Shown here piece after piece: positions 18,380 to 28,079 of a stretch of 64,000 nucleotides of DNA. The DNA comes from an uncultured Acidimicrobiales bacterium. Its GTDB lineage: Bacteria; Actinomycetota; Acidimicrobiia; Acidimicrobiales; SHLQ01. Below the pieces are notes generated by a model. The model searched no databases, was not told where the DNA came from, and saw only the letters and a list, made by a program, of their open reading frames with translations. The stretch's first letter is position 1. Every line of letters starts with the position of its first letter. The DNA is taken from assembly GCA_964562985.1 (NCBI GenBank), contig CAZLWE010000004.1, positions 17,338 to 81,337 of the forward strand, written 5' to 3'. The translations under genes were made by a program, and so were the position numbers.

Positions 18380-20526
18380 GCGTGTCCCTTCTGCAGGCTG
18401 TAGATGTTGTAGACCATGACGGGCAATACGAGCAGGAACATCACGATCGCAATCGAGGCGCCGAAGCCGACGTTTCCAAGCTGGAATGACTCGGTGATCA
18501 TCTGGTTCGCAAGCACGTCGTTACCGAAGGTTCCCCGAAGGCCGGCAACAGCAACGATGTCGAAGACTTTGGTGACCTGCACGATGAGCGTGGTGACCAC
18601 CACGCCGATCGTCGGAAAGATCGTTGGCAGGGTCACCCGGAAGAAGATGTCGGATTCGGTCGCTCCATCCACCTTTGCTGACTCAATGAATTCTTGCGGG
18701 ACGGCCTTGATCGCCGCCGAGATGATCACCATGGCGAAGCCGGTCTGAATCCAAATCAAGATCAACATAAGCCAGACGTTGTTGAAAGGCTGCTCGGTCA
18801 AGAAGGACACCGTCTCGGGCACCAACGCGCCATCAGCATCGAAAGTGAATCCGCCTAGCCGGGGCCCGATGAAGCGATAGAGGAGCCACCCCGAAACGAC
18901 CAACCCGATGGACATTCCAGTGAAAGCCCGATCACTCGTTGCCCGCCTGAAGATTCCCCAAGCGAAAGCTGCGGTCAGCGCTACGAACAGCACGATCATC
19001 AAAATGCGGGGAAGGCCCGAGTTGCTGAGTTCGCCAAGCGCGACCCACACAGCATTCAATGTGCCGGTCTGACTCTGAGAAATCGGACGAGCTTGGAACT
19101 GCAATCGCCACACGATTGACGCGCCGACAAAGGAGATAGCCATGGGCATAAAGATCAGACTCTTGGCAAGGTTCTCGCCGAACTTCGCTCGATCGGATAA
19201 CACCGCGATCGCCGTACCAGCCACCGTCGAGACCGTTACTACAGTGATCACCCACCAAATGTTGTTGAAGAACGTTCCTCGCACAACCGACAAGGCAGCG
19301 AACGACGCCAGGAACAGCGCGAAGAAGACCGCTCCGATAGTGGTTGGGCTCTTCTCAATTGAGGCGTGGCCATTGCGACGAATTCCACCCAACACCGCAA
19401 CGATTGCCGCGATCGCTAACAGGACCAACGCCGCATAGAACAATCGCGAAGTGAAGAAGGCGGCCCAGTTTGAGGTGTCGAAGGAGTCCCGTGCGGTGAA
19501 CAAGCGTTGGTAGTTCGCGAATTGCACGAATTCATCACCGTTGCGATCTTTGAAGGAGAGGATTCCAGTTCGAACCGTCGGGATTACCAGAGCGATAGTC
19601 AGGAATGTGAGGGCGGGGCCGAGGAAGATGAAGCCTCGAGCCCGACTGTCGAAGAGGGCGCGTTCCTTGTGACTCGGTGCGAGCTGCCATCCAAAGCCGC
19701 CCATGATCAGCACGAGCGGCACAACCGTAGAGATGTACGGCGCGTCGACCACTACGGCAAATGGGGAGAGTAGCCAGCCACCGATCGCCCAGCCGAGACC
19801 CGCTCCGATCAAGGCTCCACGTGCTGGCTCACCAGATGACCGGGTGAGCGCTGCCCCAATTGCGCCCACCACCAGCGTCGCCACGATGATGGCGATCCAA
19901 TTGGGGTCTGGCCGTTGCAAGATTCGTGTGTTCGACGCGATGAGCCAACCGGCGACGCCTCCGAGCACGGCTGCCACAGCGAAGCGAGCGAAACGGTTGG
20001 GGATCGACTTCATCACGTAGGCACCGGCGCCAAACAGCAGCGCGCCGATAAGTGGCCATTCGATATGACCAAGGAACCCGGTCCCCACCGCGTCGTTCAG
20101 GAGCAGGGGATCGGAATCAGCGAAGATCGGATCGACTTCGGAGAACAACGGGCCAACCGATCGGTTCCCTCGAAGGATTCCGAAGAGACCGGCGCCGAGG
20201 GTTGCCCCAACGAGGCCGGAGAAGTTGTTCCATCGTTGGCGGGCCTGGTTCACAAAGAGGTTCAGCCCGACCCACAGGCCAATACAGAGGGTCACCGAGA
20301 TCAGCACGGTGGCGAGCATTCGCAGCACCCGTTCGAAGTCGGCGCTACCGGTTAGGCCGCTGAATCCTCCGGCTGCAACGAGCAGGAGGATTACGACACC
20401 CACACCAGCGGCGAAAATGAGACCCGCCTTCAGCGGACGCTCTCGCGACAGTCGCAGAAGGCCGTACAGCGAAGCAATGATGAGGGCGACCAGGACGATG
20501 GCGCCGAGCAACTGCATGGGAAGCAT
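18376..20526 (-). CDS. carbohydrate ABC transporter permease (MalF-like core) with ~300-aa polytopic N-terminal extension
   Basis: The C-terminal part carries the EAA loop IESAKVDGATESDIFFRVTLP. The N-terminal ~300 aa are additional hydrophobic helices. I prefer ATG at 20526 (or 20517), because the TTG at 20586 lies inside an intergenic hairpin. Confidence 0.75.
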   Translation of the reverse strand: MLPMQLLGAIVLVALIIASLYGLLRLSRERPLKAGLIFAAGVGVVILLLVAAGGFSGLTGSADFERVLRMLATVLISVTLCIGLWVGLNLFVNQARQRWNNFSGLVGATLGAGLFGILRGNRSVGPLFSEVDPIFADSDPLLLNDAVGTGFLGHIEWPLIGALLFGAGAYVMKSIPNRFARFAVAAVLGGVAGWLIASNTRILQRPDPNWIAIIVATLVVGAIGAALTRSSGEPARGALIGAGLGWAIGGWLLSPFAVVVDAPYISTVVPLVLIMGGFGWQLAPSHKERALFDSRARGFIFLGPALTFLTIALVIPTVRTGILSFKDRNGDEFVQFANYQRLFTARDSFDTSNWAAFFTSRLFYAALVLLAIAAIVAVLGGIRRNGHASIEKSPTTIGAVFFALFLASFAALSVVRGTFFNNIWWVITVVTVSTVAGTAIAVLSDRAKFGENLAKSLIFMPMAISFVGASIVWRLQFQARPISQSQTGTLNAVWVALGELSNSGLPRILMIVLFVALTAAFAWGIFRRATSDRAFTGMSIGLVVSGWLLYRFIGPRLGGFTFDADGALVPETVSFLTEQPFNNVWLMLILIWIQTGFAMVIISAAIKAVPQEFIESAKVDGATESDIFFRVTLPTIFPTIGVVVTTLIVQVTKVFDIVAVAGLRGTFGNDVLANQMITESFQLGNVGFGASIAIVMFLLVLPVMVYNIYSLQKGHA

Positions 20527-20562
20527 CCCCGGTACTAGGAAGTGAAAAAGAAGACCGGAGGG

Positions 20563-20627
20563 GGCGGGGGCTGACCCGAAGGTCAAACCCCCGCCATATC
20601 CGGAGAGTCAGCCTGACACTGTCAGGC
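20563..20627. promoter_or_regulatory. two intercistronic stem-loops between SBP and permease genes
   Basis: GGCGGGGG..(TGACC-cgaa-GGTCA)..CCCCCGCC at 20563-20595 and GCCTGAC-act-GTCAGGC at 20611-20627. Their position is typical of mRNA-stabilising or attenuating hairpins after SBP genes. Confidence 0.5.
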
Positions 20628-20638
20628 CGAAGCCAGAG

Positions 20639-22126
20639 TTATGGCCAGAAGGTGTCGATTTCGGCGGTGCCTTCCTCGACGGTGGTGTCACCATTCACGA
20701 TCTGGGTACCAACTTCCCAGAATGCGTTGTTCACGTCGCCACCAATGAGGTCCGAAGCGTCGAATCGGAAGATGTCAGCATCCTGAAGGATCGACACGAA
20801 GTTCGACTCGAGCGGGTTCCACAGTGATGGATCGGCGCCGGTGTTTGCGGTTACGAAGCCCGAAAGTACGAGTTCTTCGCTGTCACCCTGCAGGAGTGCC
20901 TGCTGAGCGGTTTGACGTGCGTTGGCGTACTCAGCGCTTGCGAAGTACTCCATGACAGCCCATACCTCTGGACGATCGTTGAATGCGCCAACGAAGGTTC
21001 CGCCACCGAGGACTGGACGATCGGTGCCGTTGCCTGGGAAGAAGAACACGTCGACTGCACCTTCACTGCCATCAGCAACCGGGGTGCCTTCTGGGAAGAA
21101 GGAGGCGAAGAACGATGCCTGGCGGTGCATGAAGCAGTCGCCGTTGACGAGAGGCTCAGCGTTGTCACGGAACGAGGTGGTAGCGATGCTGCCACCTGCG
21201 GCGAAGACGGCACCTGGCTTGTTCCACTCATCGATGATGATCTGGAAAGCATTGGTGAGCTCTGGGCTCGAGAACAGAAGTTCTCCAGCTACCCAAGCGT
21301 CGTAGTTCTCCGGAGTGGTTGTACGGAGCATGATGTCCTCAACCCAGTCGGTGAATGGCCAACCGGTTGCGCCACCGGACTCGATACCGACACACCATGG
21401 GGTGTTGCCGTCAGCGATCATCTGGTCGCTAAGTGCGAACAGGTCGTCGAGGGTGGTTGGAATGTCGTAGCCGGCGGCTTCGAAGCGTGCTGGCTGGTAC
21501 CAAACGAGCGACTTGAGGTCGTTCTTGTTCGGAAGACCGAACTGGGTGCCGTCGAAGTTCGCGAAGTTGATCGCGTCTGGGGTCCAGTTCGCCTGTGCAG
21601 CCTCGATGATCGACGCAGGTACTTCTTGGACGTGTCCAGCGTCTGCGGCATCACGAAGGTTGCCTGGCTGAGGGAACACGGAGATGTCCGGGTTGGTGCC
21701 AGCTTCGAGCTGAATATTGATTTCGGTCTCCCAGTCGGCTGAGCCCTGGTAGATGATCGAAATGCCGTTGGCGTTACCGAACTCCTGCAGTGCTTGGTTC
21801 AGTGCACCAGCTTCGGCTTCGGATCGCTCTGGACCAGAAACGGTCACAACGGGAACAGCGTCGTCGTCGCCTTCACCGGCTTCGGCGGCAGCAGCCTCAG
21901 CCGCTTCAGCGCGGGCTTCTGCGTCCGCAGCAGCTGCTTCGGCCTCTGCCTGAGCAGCTTGTGCTTCAGCTACCGCATCACTTGCTGCGTCGTCGCCGCC
22001 CTCGGCTGCATCGGCCACGGCGTCTGCCGCACCTTCAACAGTGTCCGTTGCCCCACCACATGCCGCGGCGATCAGTGACAACGCGAACAGCGACGCAAAC
22101 AGCTTCATCCATTTGCTTGTCTTCAC
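20639..22126 (-). CDS. sugar ABC transporter substrate-binding lipoprotein (family 1)
   Basis: Lipobox LIAAACGG, an Ala/Glu-rich linker, then a family-1 extracellular solute-binding body. GTG at 22126 has GGGGGAG upstream; ATG at 22141 and 22108 are alternatives. Confidence 0.85.
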   Translation of the reverse strand: MKTSKWMKLFASLFALSLIAAACGGATDTVEGAADAVADAAEGGDDAASDAVAEAQAAQAEAEAAAADAEARAEAAEAAAAEAGEGDDDAVPVVTVSGPERSEAEAGALNQALQEFGNANGISIIYQGSADWETEINIQLEAGTNPDISVFPQPGNLRDAADAGHVQEVPASIIEAAQANWTPDAINFANFDGTQFGLPNKNDLKSLVWYQPARFEAAGYDIPTTLDDLFALSDQMIADGNTPWCVGIESGGATGWPFTDWVEDIMLRTTTPENYDAWVAGELLFSSPELTNAFQIIIDEWNKPGAVFAAGGSIATTSFRDNAEPLVNGDCFMHRQASFFASFFPEGTPVADGSEGAVDVFFFPGNGTDRPVLGGGTFVGAFNDRPEVWAVMEYFASAEYANARQTAQQALLQGDSEELVLSGFVTANTGADPSLWNPLESNFVSILQDADIFRFDASDLIGGDVNNAFWEVGTQIVNGDTTVEEGTAEIDTFWP

Positions 22127-22173
22127 GGGTCTCCCCCTCATATCATTTGCCCGAATCCTTATGAATACAGGCC

Positions 22174-22187
22174 TGCAAACGTTTGCA
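22174..22187. promoter_or_regulatory. LacI-family operator TGCAAACGTTTGCA
   Basis: Perfect 14-bp palindrome 48 bp upstream of the SBP start, in an AT-rich gap just downstream of the LacI gene. Confidence 0.75.
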
Positions 22188-22287
22188 GAACCGAAACACT
22201 ACAGCGCACTGCGCCGAGTGTCACATCGCGAAAGCGAATTTCTTTCCTTTTGACGCTTCGGGGTTACGCCAAAACGGAGATTAGCGG

Positions 22288-23310
22288 TTATGACCGCTGA
22301 GTCGACTGTCGTACGACGAGGTGAGGGGGTTCGAGGGCAGATTGGGTAGACACCTCACCGTCCCCGTCTACGACAGCGAGGAGGCTCTGTGCTGCCAACA
22401 TGCCGAGGTTTCGTGGGACCAACCGCACTGTGGTGAGACCCGCCATCTCGGCAATTTCGTGGTCATCCACGCCAACGATCGCTATGTCCTCGGGAATGCG
22501 GAGTTGTCGATCTTGCACCGCACGAAGTGCACCGAAAGCCATCTCGTCAGACATCACAAAGACGGCTGTAGGAGGATCGGCAAGATCGAGCAACCGCTCC
22601 ATCGCCTGACGGCCGCCCTCGGCGGTGAATCGGCCGGATTGCTCTAGTTCATGATCGAGGGATATTCCCGCAGCCGCCAAGGCTCCGGTAAACCCAGCGA
22701 GCCGAAGACCAGGGACAGAGAACGCCAACGGGTGATTTGGTTGACCCGAAATAAGTGCGACCCTCGTGTGACCAAGCGCTAGGAGATGCTCAGTCGCCAG
22801 AAAGCCGACGCGGTAGTCGTCCACAACAACGCTCGGAAAGTGTGCGGTCTTGAAACCTACGGTCACGAGCCGAACGCCGGCATTCGCGAGTTCGCTCGCC
22901 GCATCCTCGGAGATGTTGAGGTCGACCAGGATGAGTCCGTCGACCCGCTTCTCGACTTGCCCAAGGTCGTTCAGAAAATCATCGCGGCTGCCAGGGTCTT
23001 CGAGCGGGTGAGCGATCGCCTCGTAACCGTTCCCATTGAGATACTCGATCGCTCCGGCAAGAAAACGCGAGAAATACCAGCCGTCGACAGTAGGCGTCGC
23101 GATCTGCACCAAGTTTGTGCGGCCCGTAGCGAGACGCGCTGCGCTGGGATCGGCGCGATAACCCATCTCCTCGGCGATGGCCTGCACCCGTTCCTTGGTC
23201 GAAGCAGCGACGTTGGGAAGGCCTCGTAGCGCTCGCGAGACGGTCGCGACAGAGACCCCTGCCGCTCTAGCGACATCCTCGATCGATGGGCTACGCCGAC
23301 GTTCATTCAT
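22288..23310 (-). CDS. LacI family transcriptional regulator
   Basis: N-terminal HTH SIEDVARAAGVSVATVSRALRG followed by a periplasmic-binding-protein-like sugar-binding core. 340 aa. Confidence 0.9.
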   Translation of the reverse strand: MNERRRSPSIEDVARAAGVSVATVSRALRGLPNVAASTKERVQAIAEEMGYRADPSAARLATGRTNLVQIATPTVDGWYFSRFLAGAIEYLNGNGYEAIAHPLEDPGSRDDFLNDLGQVEKRVDGLILVDLNISEDAASELANAGVRLVTVGFKTAHFPSVVVDDYRVGFLATEHLLALGHTRVALISGQPNHPLAFSVPGLRLAGFTGALAAAGISLDHELEQSGRFTAEGGRQAMERLLDLADPPTAVFVMSDEMAFGALRAVQDRQLRIPEDIAIVGVDDHEIAEMAGLTTVRLVPRNLGMLAAQSLLAVVDGDGEVSTQSALEPPHLVVRQSTQRS

Positions 23311-23535
23311 CGCCTTTCGAAGTTATCGGGCCAACCCCACCTAACGAAATCAGCATCGGGCTAGGAGATTCGGACCGTTTCTAAAGAGACATCTAGGTAG
23401 GAATCCTCAGGTGGCAAGGACAGCACCTGTCCTACTGTGGTCTCAACAGGCCTTACGAGCGGCGGAGTAGTTCCGATCTGAGGGCAATCACCATTTCGAG
23501 CCGATCGGTCAATCCGGTCGGCTCGAACTGCGTTT

Positions 23536-24612
23536 TCAACGAATGAGCTCTTGGCACGCGGCGAGCCAGCGGTCGTTCTCCTCTGGTGAGCCGATCGTGA
23601 TTCGTAGCCCAAAGTCCGGGAAGGGTCGGGTAATGACCCCACGCTTTTCACACTCGGTAGCGACCTGCATTGTCGTAGCGCCCGTTGGGATGAACACGAA
23701 ATTCGCGTGGCTATCGACAACCGGTATCTGGAGGGCCCGAAGCCCTTCCACACATCGGATCCGCTCGCTCGTAAGTTCGTCCACTCGAGCCATCGCCGCA
23801 TCGACATGTTCGATGGCCGCAAGCATCCCTGCTTGGGCAAGGTTGTTGACGCTGAAGGGCAAGCGGGTTTTGTTGACCTCCGCGATCACCTCGGGATGAG
23901 CAATGCAGTACCCAGACCGGAGTCCCGCAAGCCCAAATGCTTTGCTAAACGTTCGAGTAACCACCACGTTTGGGAACTCGGGTTGCAGGTCTCGGACAGG
24001 GTCACCCAGTGCCGGATCGTTGAACTCGCGATAGGCCTCATCGACGACGACGATCACGTCGTCGGGGATACGAGCGACGAGATCGGCGACATCGGCCATT
24101 GACACCGCCGTCCCGGTTGGGTTGTTGGGGGTTGCGAGAAACACGACGCTCGTCTCATCGGTAACCGCTTCTGCGACCGCGTTGAGGTCAAAGCCGTACT
24201 CCCGAAGCGGCACCTTCACAGCGACCGCATCAAACAGTGTGCAAAAGACGGGATAGATCTCAAATGAATGCCACGGGAACACCACCTCATCACCCGGGCT
24301 CACGTAGGTCATAAAGATCTGTTGCAGCAACCCACTGGATCCACAGCCGACGGTCACCCGCTCCGCGGGAACGCCTTGCCAACGACCGATCGCCTCACAG
24401 ACGTCGGCCGCCGTGTTGTCGCCGTAGCGATTCACACCATCAACGGCAGCCCGAATTGCGTCGGCGACCGGAGGTACCGGTGGCCACGGATTCTCATTCG
24501 AAGCCAGCTTGATGCTGTTCGAAATCCCGTGCTCGGCCTCAACCTGGCCAGAGGCCTTGCCGGGACGGTATCCGGCTAAAGCGCTCAACGAAGGGCGCAC
24601 CCGTCCGATCAT
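23536..24612 (-). CDS. class I/II aminotransferase (histidinol-phosphate / aromatic aminotransferase-like)
   Basis: LASNENPWPP motif and PLP-lysine block RTFSKAFGLAGLRSGY. ATG at 24612 gives 358 aa; the longer call in the ORF track adds an Arg-rich leader. Confidence 0.8.
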   Translation of the reverse strand: MIGRVRPSLSALAGYRPGKASGQVEAEHGISNSIKLASNENPWPPVPPVADAIRAAVDGVNRYGDNTAADVCEAIGRWQGVPAERVTVGCGSSGLLQQIFMTYVSPGDEVVFPWHSFEIYPVFCTLFDAVAVKVPLREYGFDLNAVAEAVTDETSVVFLATPNNPTGTAVSMADVADLVARIPDDVIVVVDEAYREFNDPALGDPVRDLQPEFPNVVVTRTFSKAFGLAGLRSGYCIAHPEVIAEVNKTRLPFSVNNLAQAGMLAAIEHVDAAMARVDELTSERIRCVEGLRALQIPVVDSHANFVFIPTGATTMQVATECEKRGVITRPFPDFGLRITIGSPEENDRWLAACQELIR

Positions 24613-24857
24613 GTAATCACCTGAGTTGCATCGTTTAGTGGTTTCGCCGCTACGGTACACCAGCAGATGCCTCGCTATTTGGGGCCATCGCGGCAGTCCC
24701 GCCAATTGCGTGGGTCCAGCCAACGGCAGTGCCTGTTTCGCACAGGATTGCTACGCAAGACGCAAGCAGCGTCGGTCGACGTGCGGTTTTCCCGTGGGTC
24801 GTGCGCTGCTTGTATTACGCGAGGAGACTTGTCATCGCGACACCGACCGATCTTCGA

Positions 24858-27800
24858 ATGCTCGAGGACTACGCCCAGGCTGCTATCGACGGCCTGGCAA
24901 ACACTGAACAATTAGCGATTCTCGAAGCTGACACCGACGCGTGGTCAGCCGCGCTCTGGCGGCTGCTCGACTCCGCGGACGCAAAGCTCGAACGAACTCG
25001 GAAGACCTTCCGGGGCCCCGCCCGAGCAACGGTCCTTGCCGATCTTGACGAAGACTGTTTCCGCATCGACGACGCACTCACGGCTCTGATCGGCCCAGCC
25101 AAGGAAGAAGAACTCCAGCCGCTGCCTCGAAACCGCAAGCAGGCTCCGTCAGAGAAGACCGGTACCGCGCAGCTGCAACTCTCATGGAACGATGGCCAGT
25201 TGGTCGCGTGGGTCTCGGGCCACGACGCCCGCTATGAGCAGGAGCCCGTAATTCGCGAACACCTCGAAGCTGCTGGTGGCGGAAACATCGATTGGCAAAC
25301 TCGCGGCACACTGCGTGTCCCGACGAGCCAGCGCGTACCGGCCGTCGCGACCCCAATGGCCAATGCACTTGGCTGGCTCGTCGCCCAAGCACGGCGGAGC
25401 CATGATCCCCGCTTCGCCCCGAGCATTCGCTGGATGGGGCTTGCCGCAGCGACCGCGGTCTCCGCCGTGGCCCAGGGCCGTATGGCTCCACAAATGCGCC
25501 AGTCTCGCCGAGGCTCAAAGCAAAAAGGGTCGTCGGCCTATTCGGTTCGATGGCTGCCGGGCTTGATCGATGCCGACGTGCTCAAACAGCTGATGGATAC
25601 CGTGCCCGGCGCAGCCATGGTGGGCCAACAACGCCAGGAGCCATTGGCATTCACCACAGCCGTGATGGGCGACGTGACGAACACGATCGTCCGGATGGCA
25701 GCTGCGCAGGCCGAACTGCCGGCACCACCGCCAGAGGTGAAGGACCGCCACGACGTCTCCGAGTCCTTCCTCGGCCGACTCGACGGCACCCCCTTCCAAG
25801 CGCCCGACTCATCAGCGGCCGAGATCGCTCGACGTGTCGACCGTTGGTCAGCTCCCGTCGTCGGCACCAAGAATCCAAAGCTCACCGTGCAGTTGGCAGC
25901 GCCCGATGAATCGAACGCGTGGCTCGCGTCGGTACTCGGTACATCATCAGCCGGGGTCCTCGAAGCGTTCGAGGTCGTGCTTGCCGAAGCATCGAAGGAT
26001 CGAGCACGCCTGTTCGAGCATCAGGCGTCCCGGCTCGAACGCCTCTTCCCTGCCCTGTTACGCCCTGGTGGAAGGCGACGCGGCGAAGTGATGTTGAGCC
26101 AGGACGAAGCATGGGAGCTGATGACCGACGTTGGTCCCGTGCTTCGGGCTGCCGGCTTCGACGTCCGGGTTCCGCCGCTGTCGCGCAAAAAGGCCACTCC
26201 GTCGCTGCGTCTCACCGCGATCGATGCCGAGGAGTCCGTCGTCGGTGCACAGCAACTGGCGAACGTCCGCTGGTCCGCCATGTTCGATGATGTCGAGTTG
26301 ACCGCGGCCGAGATCGCACAACTCGCCACACAAGCCAAGCCACTGGTGAAGTCTCGCGGGCAATGGATCGAACTCGAACAAGCCGACCTGGCACAAGCAG
26401 CGGCAGCGCTGGCAGAGCGAGCAAACCAAACCCAGCTCAGCGGCGCAGACATGTTGCGCCATGCGATGGGCTTGGAGGGCGACCCGCTCGGCGGTGGCGT
26501 CAGCATCGCTGGATCGGGTTGGGCCGCCGAGCTGTTCCAGAGCTTGGGTGCACTTCCCGAAGACCCCGACACCACTCCCGATGGTTTCCGCGGTGAACTC
26601 CGCAGTTACCAGGCCGACGCACTGGCCTGGATGAACTTCCTCGACGATGCCGCTCTCGGCGGCTGCCTGGCGCTCGACATGGGCCTCGGCAAGACCCCAA
26701 CAACCCTGGCCACCCTCTTCGCGAATCGCGATAACGGACCGGGGCTGGTCATAGCCCCACCTGCTGTCGTTGGTAACTGGGCGGCGGAATCTCGCAAGTT
26801 CTTCCCGGATATGGCCGCGCATGTCCACCACGGCGCGTCTCGGGCGAAGGGCAACCTTGAACGCGCCTTCCGCAGAGCAGACATCGTGATCACCACGTAT
26901 GGCACAGCCGTCCGTGACATGGACGAGCTGGTAAAGATCACCTGGGGCAAAGTCGTCATCGACGAAGCACAGGCGATCAAGAACCCTCAAGCCGAAACGT
27001 CACAACAACTTCGCCGACTCGAGGCCCGCACACGGGTCGCGCTCACCGGCACGCCGATCGAGAACGGCCTCGGCGACCTGTGGTCGATCATGGATTGGGC
27101 GAACCCTGGTCTCGTCGGGGCCCGCGCACCCTTCATCGCACAGCTCACGCCCGACAAGAAGAGTGGTTCGGCGAAAGGCGGCGAGGAAGCGCTTCGAGCC
27201 CTAAACGGCATCTTGGTCTATCGCCGAACGAAGACCGAGCCCGACATCGCGGCAGAGCTTCCGGATCGCATCGACGAGCTCGACCATTGCGCGATGACAC
27301 CCGAACAGGTAGGCCTCTACCAGGCGGTGCTCGACAACCTTGTCCGTGAGACTTCGGGTCGCGATTCAGGTACGCCGGAACGAAAGGGGGCCGTTCTCGC
27401 AGCGATCACCGCCCTCAAACAGATTTGTAATCACCCGGTCAATTTCGAGGACGACGGAGGCGAGCTTGAGGGCCGTTCAGGCAAGTTGGCTCGACTCAAT
27501 GAAATCATGGACTCGGTATTTGCCGCCGACGAGAAGATGCTGATCTTCACGCACTTCGCTACCTGGGGCGAACGCCTATCGACGTATCTCTCGGAGCGCA
27601 CCGGAAAGAAGATCGAGTGTTATCACGGCGGTCTTGCGCGAGGCGCTCGCGACCGCATGATCGATCAGTTCCAAAGCGCCGAGGGCGCAGGGGCCTTGGT
27701 GCTTTCGTTGAAAGCTGGCGGCACAGGCCTCAACCTCACCGCCGCGAACCACGTAGTCCTCTACGACCGGTGGTGGAACCCGGCGGTGGAGGACCAGGCC

Positions 27801-28079
27801 CGCGACCGTGCCTGGCGTATCGGCCAGACGAAGACGGTCATCGCGCACCGCCTCGTGTGTCCCGGAACCGTCGATGAGCGTGTCGAAGAGATCGTGGCGG
27901 GTAAGCGCCAGATTGCGAACATGGTGCTGCCCAAGTCCAGTTCGGTGGGCGATCTCGACGCAGAACAATTGCAAGTGGCCCTGGGGATCGATCCAGACTT
28001 GTTGCTCACGGCCGATTCTTCCCCGCTCGCGAGCACCGACGTTGACGATGCGGCCGACCCCGTTGGAGCGTCGACATGA
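24858..28079 (+). CDS. SNF2-family helicase (HelZ-like) with large N-terminal domain
   Basis: SNF2 ATPase motifs LALDMGLGKT, DEAQAIKN and TGTPIEN, plus helicase-C motifs (LSLKAGGTGLNLT, QARDRAWRIGQ). The start is uncertain (24858 ATG or upstream). Confidence 0.85.
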   Translation: MLEDYAQAAIDGLANTEQLAILEADTDAWSAALWRLLDSADAKLERTRKTFRGPARATVLADLDEDCFRIDDALTALIGPAKEEELQPLPRNRKQAPSEKTGTAQLQLSWNDGQLVAWVSGHDARYEQEPVIREHLEAAGGGNIDWQTRGTLRVPTSQRVPAVATPMANALGWLVAQARRSHDPRFAPSIRWMGLAAATAVSAVAQGRMAPQMRQSRRGSKQKGSSAYSVRWLPGLIDADVLKQLMDTVPGAAMVGQQRQEPLAFTTAVMGDVTNTIVRMAAAQAELPAPPPEVKDRHDVSESFLGRLDGTPFQAPDSSAAEIARRVDRWSAPVVGTKNPKLTVQLAAPDESNAWLASVLGTSSAGVLEAFEVVLAEASKDRARLFEHQASRLERLFPALLRPGGRRRGEVMLSQDEAWELMTDVGPVLRAAGFDVRVPPLSRKKATPSLRLTAIDAEESVVGAQQLANVRWSAMFDDVELTAAEIAQLATQAKPLVKSRGQWIELEQADLAQAAAALAERANQTQLSGADMLRHAMGLEGDPLGGGVSIAGSGWAAELFQSLGALPEDPDTTPDGFRGELRSYQADALAWMNFLDDAALGGCLALDMGLGKTPTTLATLFANRDNGPGLVIAPPAVVGNWAAESRKFFPDMAAHVHHGASRAKGNLERAFRRADIVITTYGTAVRDMDELVKITWGKVVIDEAQAIKNPQAETSQQLRRLEARTRVALTGTPIENGLGDLWSIMDWANPGLVGARAPFIAQLTPDKKSGSAKGGEEALRALNGILVYRRTKTEPDIAAELPDRIDELDHCAMTPEQVGLYQAVLDNLVRETSGRDSGTPERKGAVLAAITALKQICNHPVNFEDDGGELEGRSGKLARLNEIMDSVFAADEKMLIFTHFATWGERLSTYLSERTGKKIECYHGGLARGARDRMIDQFQSAEGAGALVLSLKAGGTGLNLTAANHVVLYDRWWNPAVEDQARDRAWRIGQTKTVIAHRLVCPGTVDERVEEIVAGKRQIANMVLPKSSSVGDLDAEQLQVALGIDPDLLLTADSSPLASTDVDDAADPVGAST

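Noticed and set aside
20584-20586. TTG at 20586 as the start of the MalF-like permease
   Set aside because: It sits inside the 20563-20595 stem-loop of the SBP-permease intercistronic region. An ATG at 20526 or 20517 is more plausible.
23311-23535. tRNA or small RNA in the 225-bp gap between the LacI and aminotransferase genes
   Set aside because: No cloverleaf-compatible arms or T-loop (GTTCGA-type) motif. There is only a short hairpin (AGGACAG-cacc-TGTCCT), likely a terminator remnant.
24613-24857. Regulatory RNA in the 245-bp divergent gap between the aminotransferase and SNF2 genes
   Set aside because: I saw no convincing conserved-looking structure or repeat. The helicase start is also uncertain, so the gap may be shorter.
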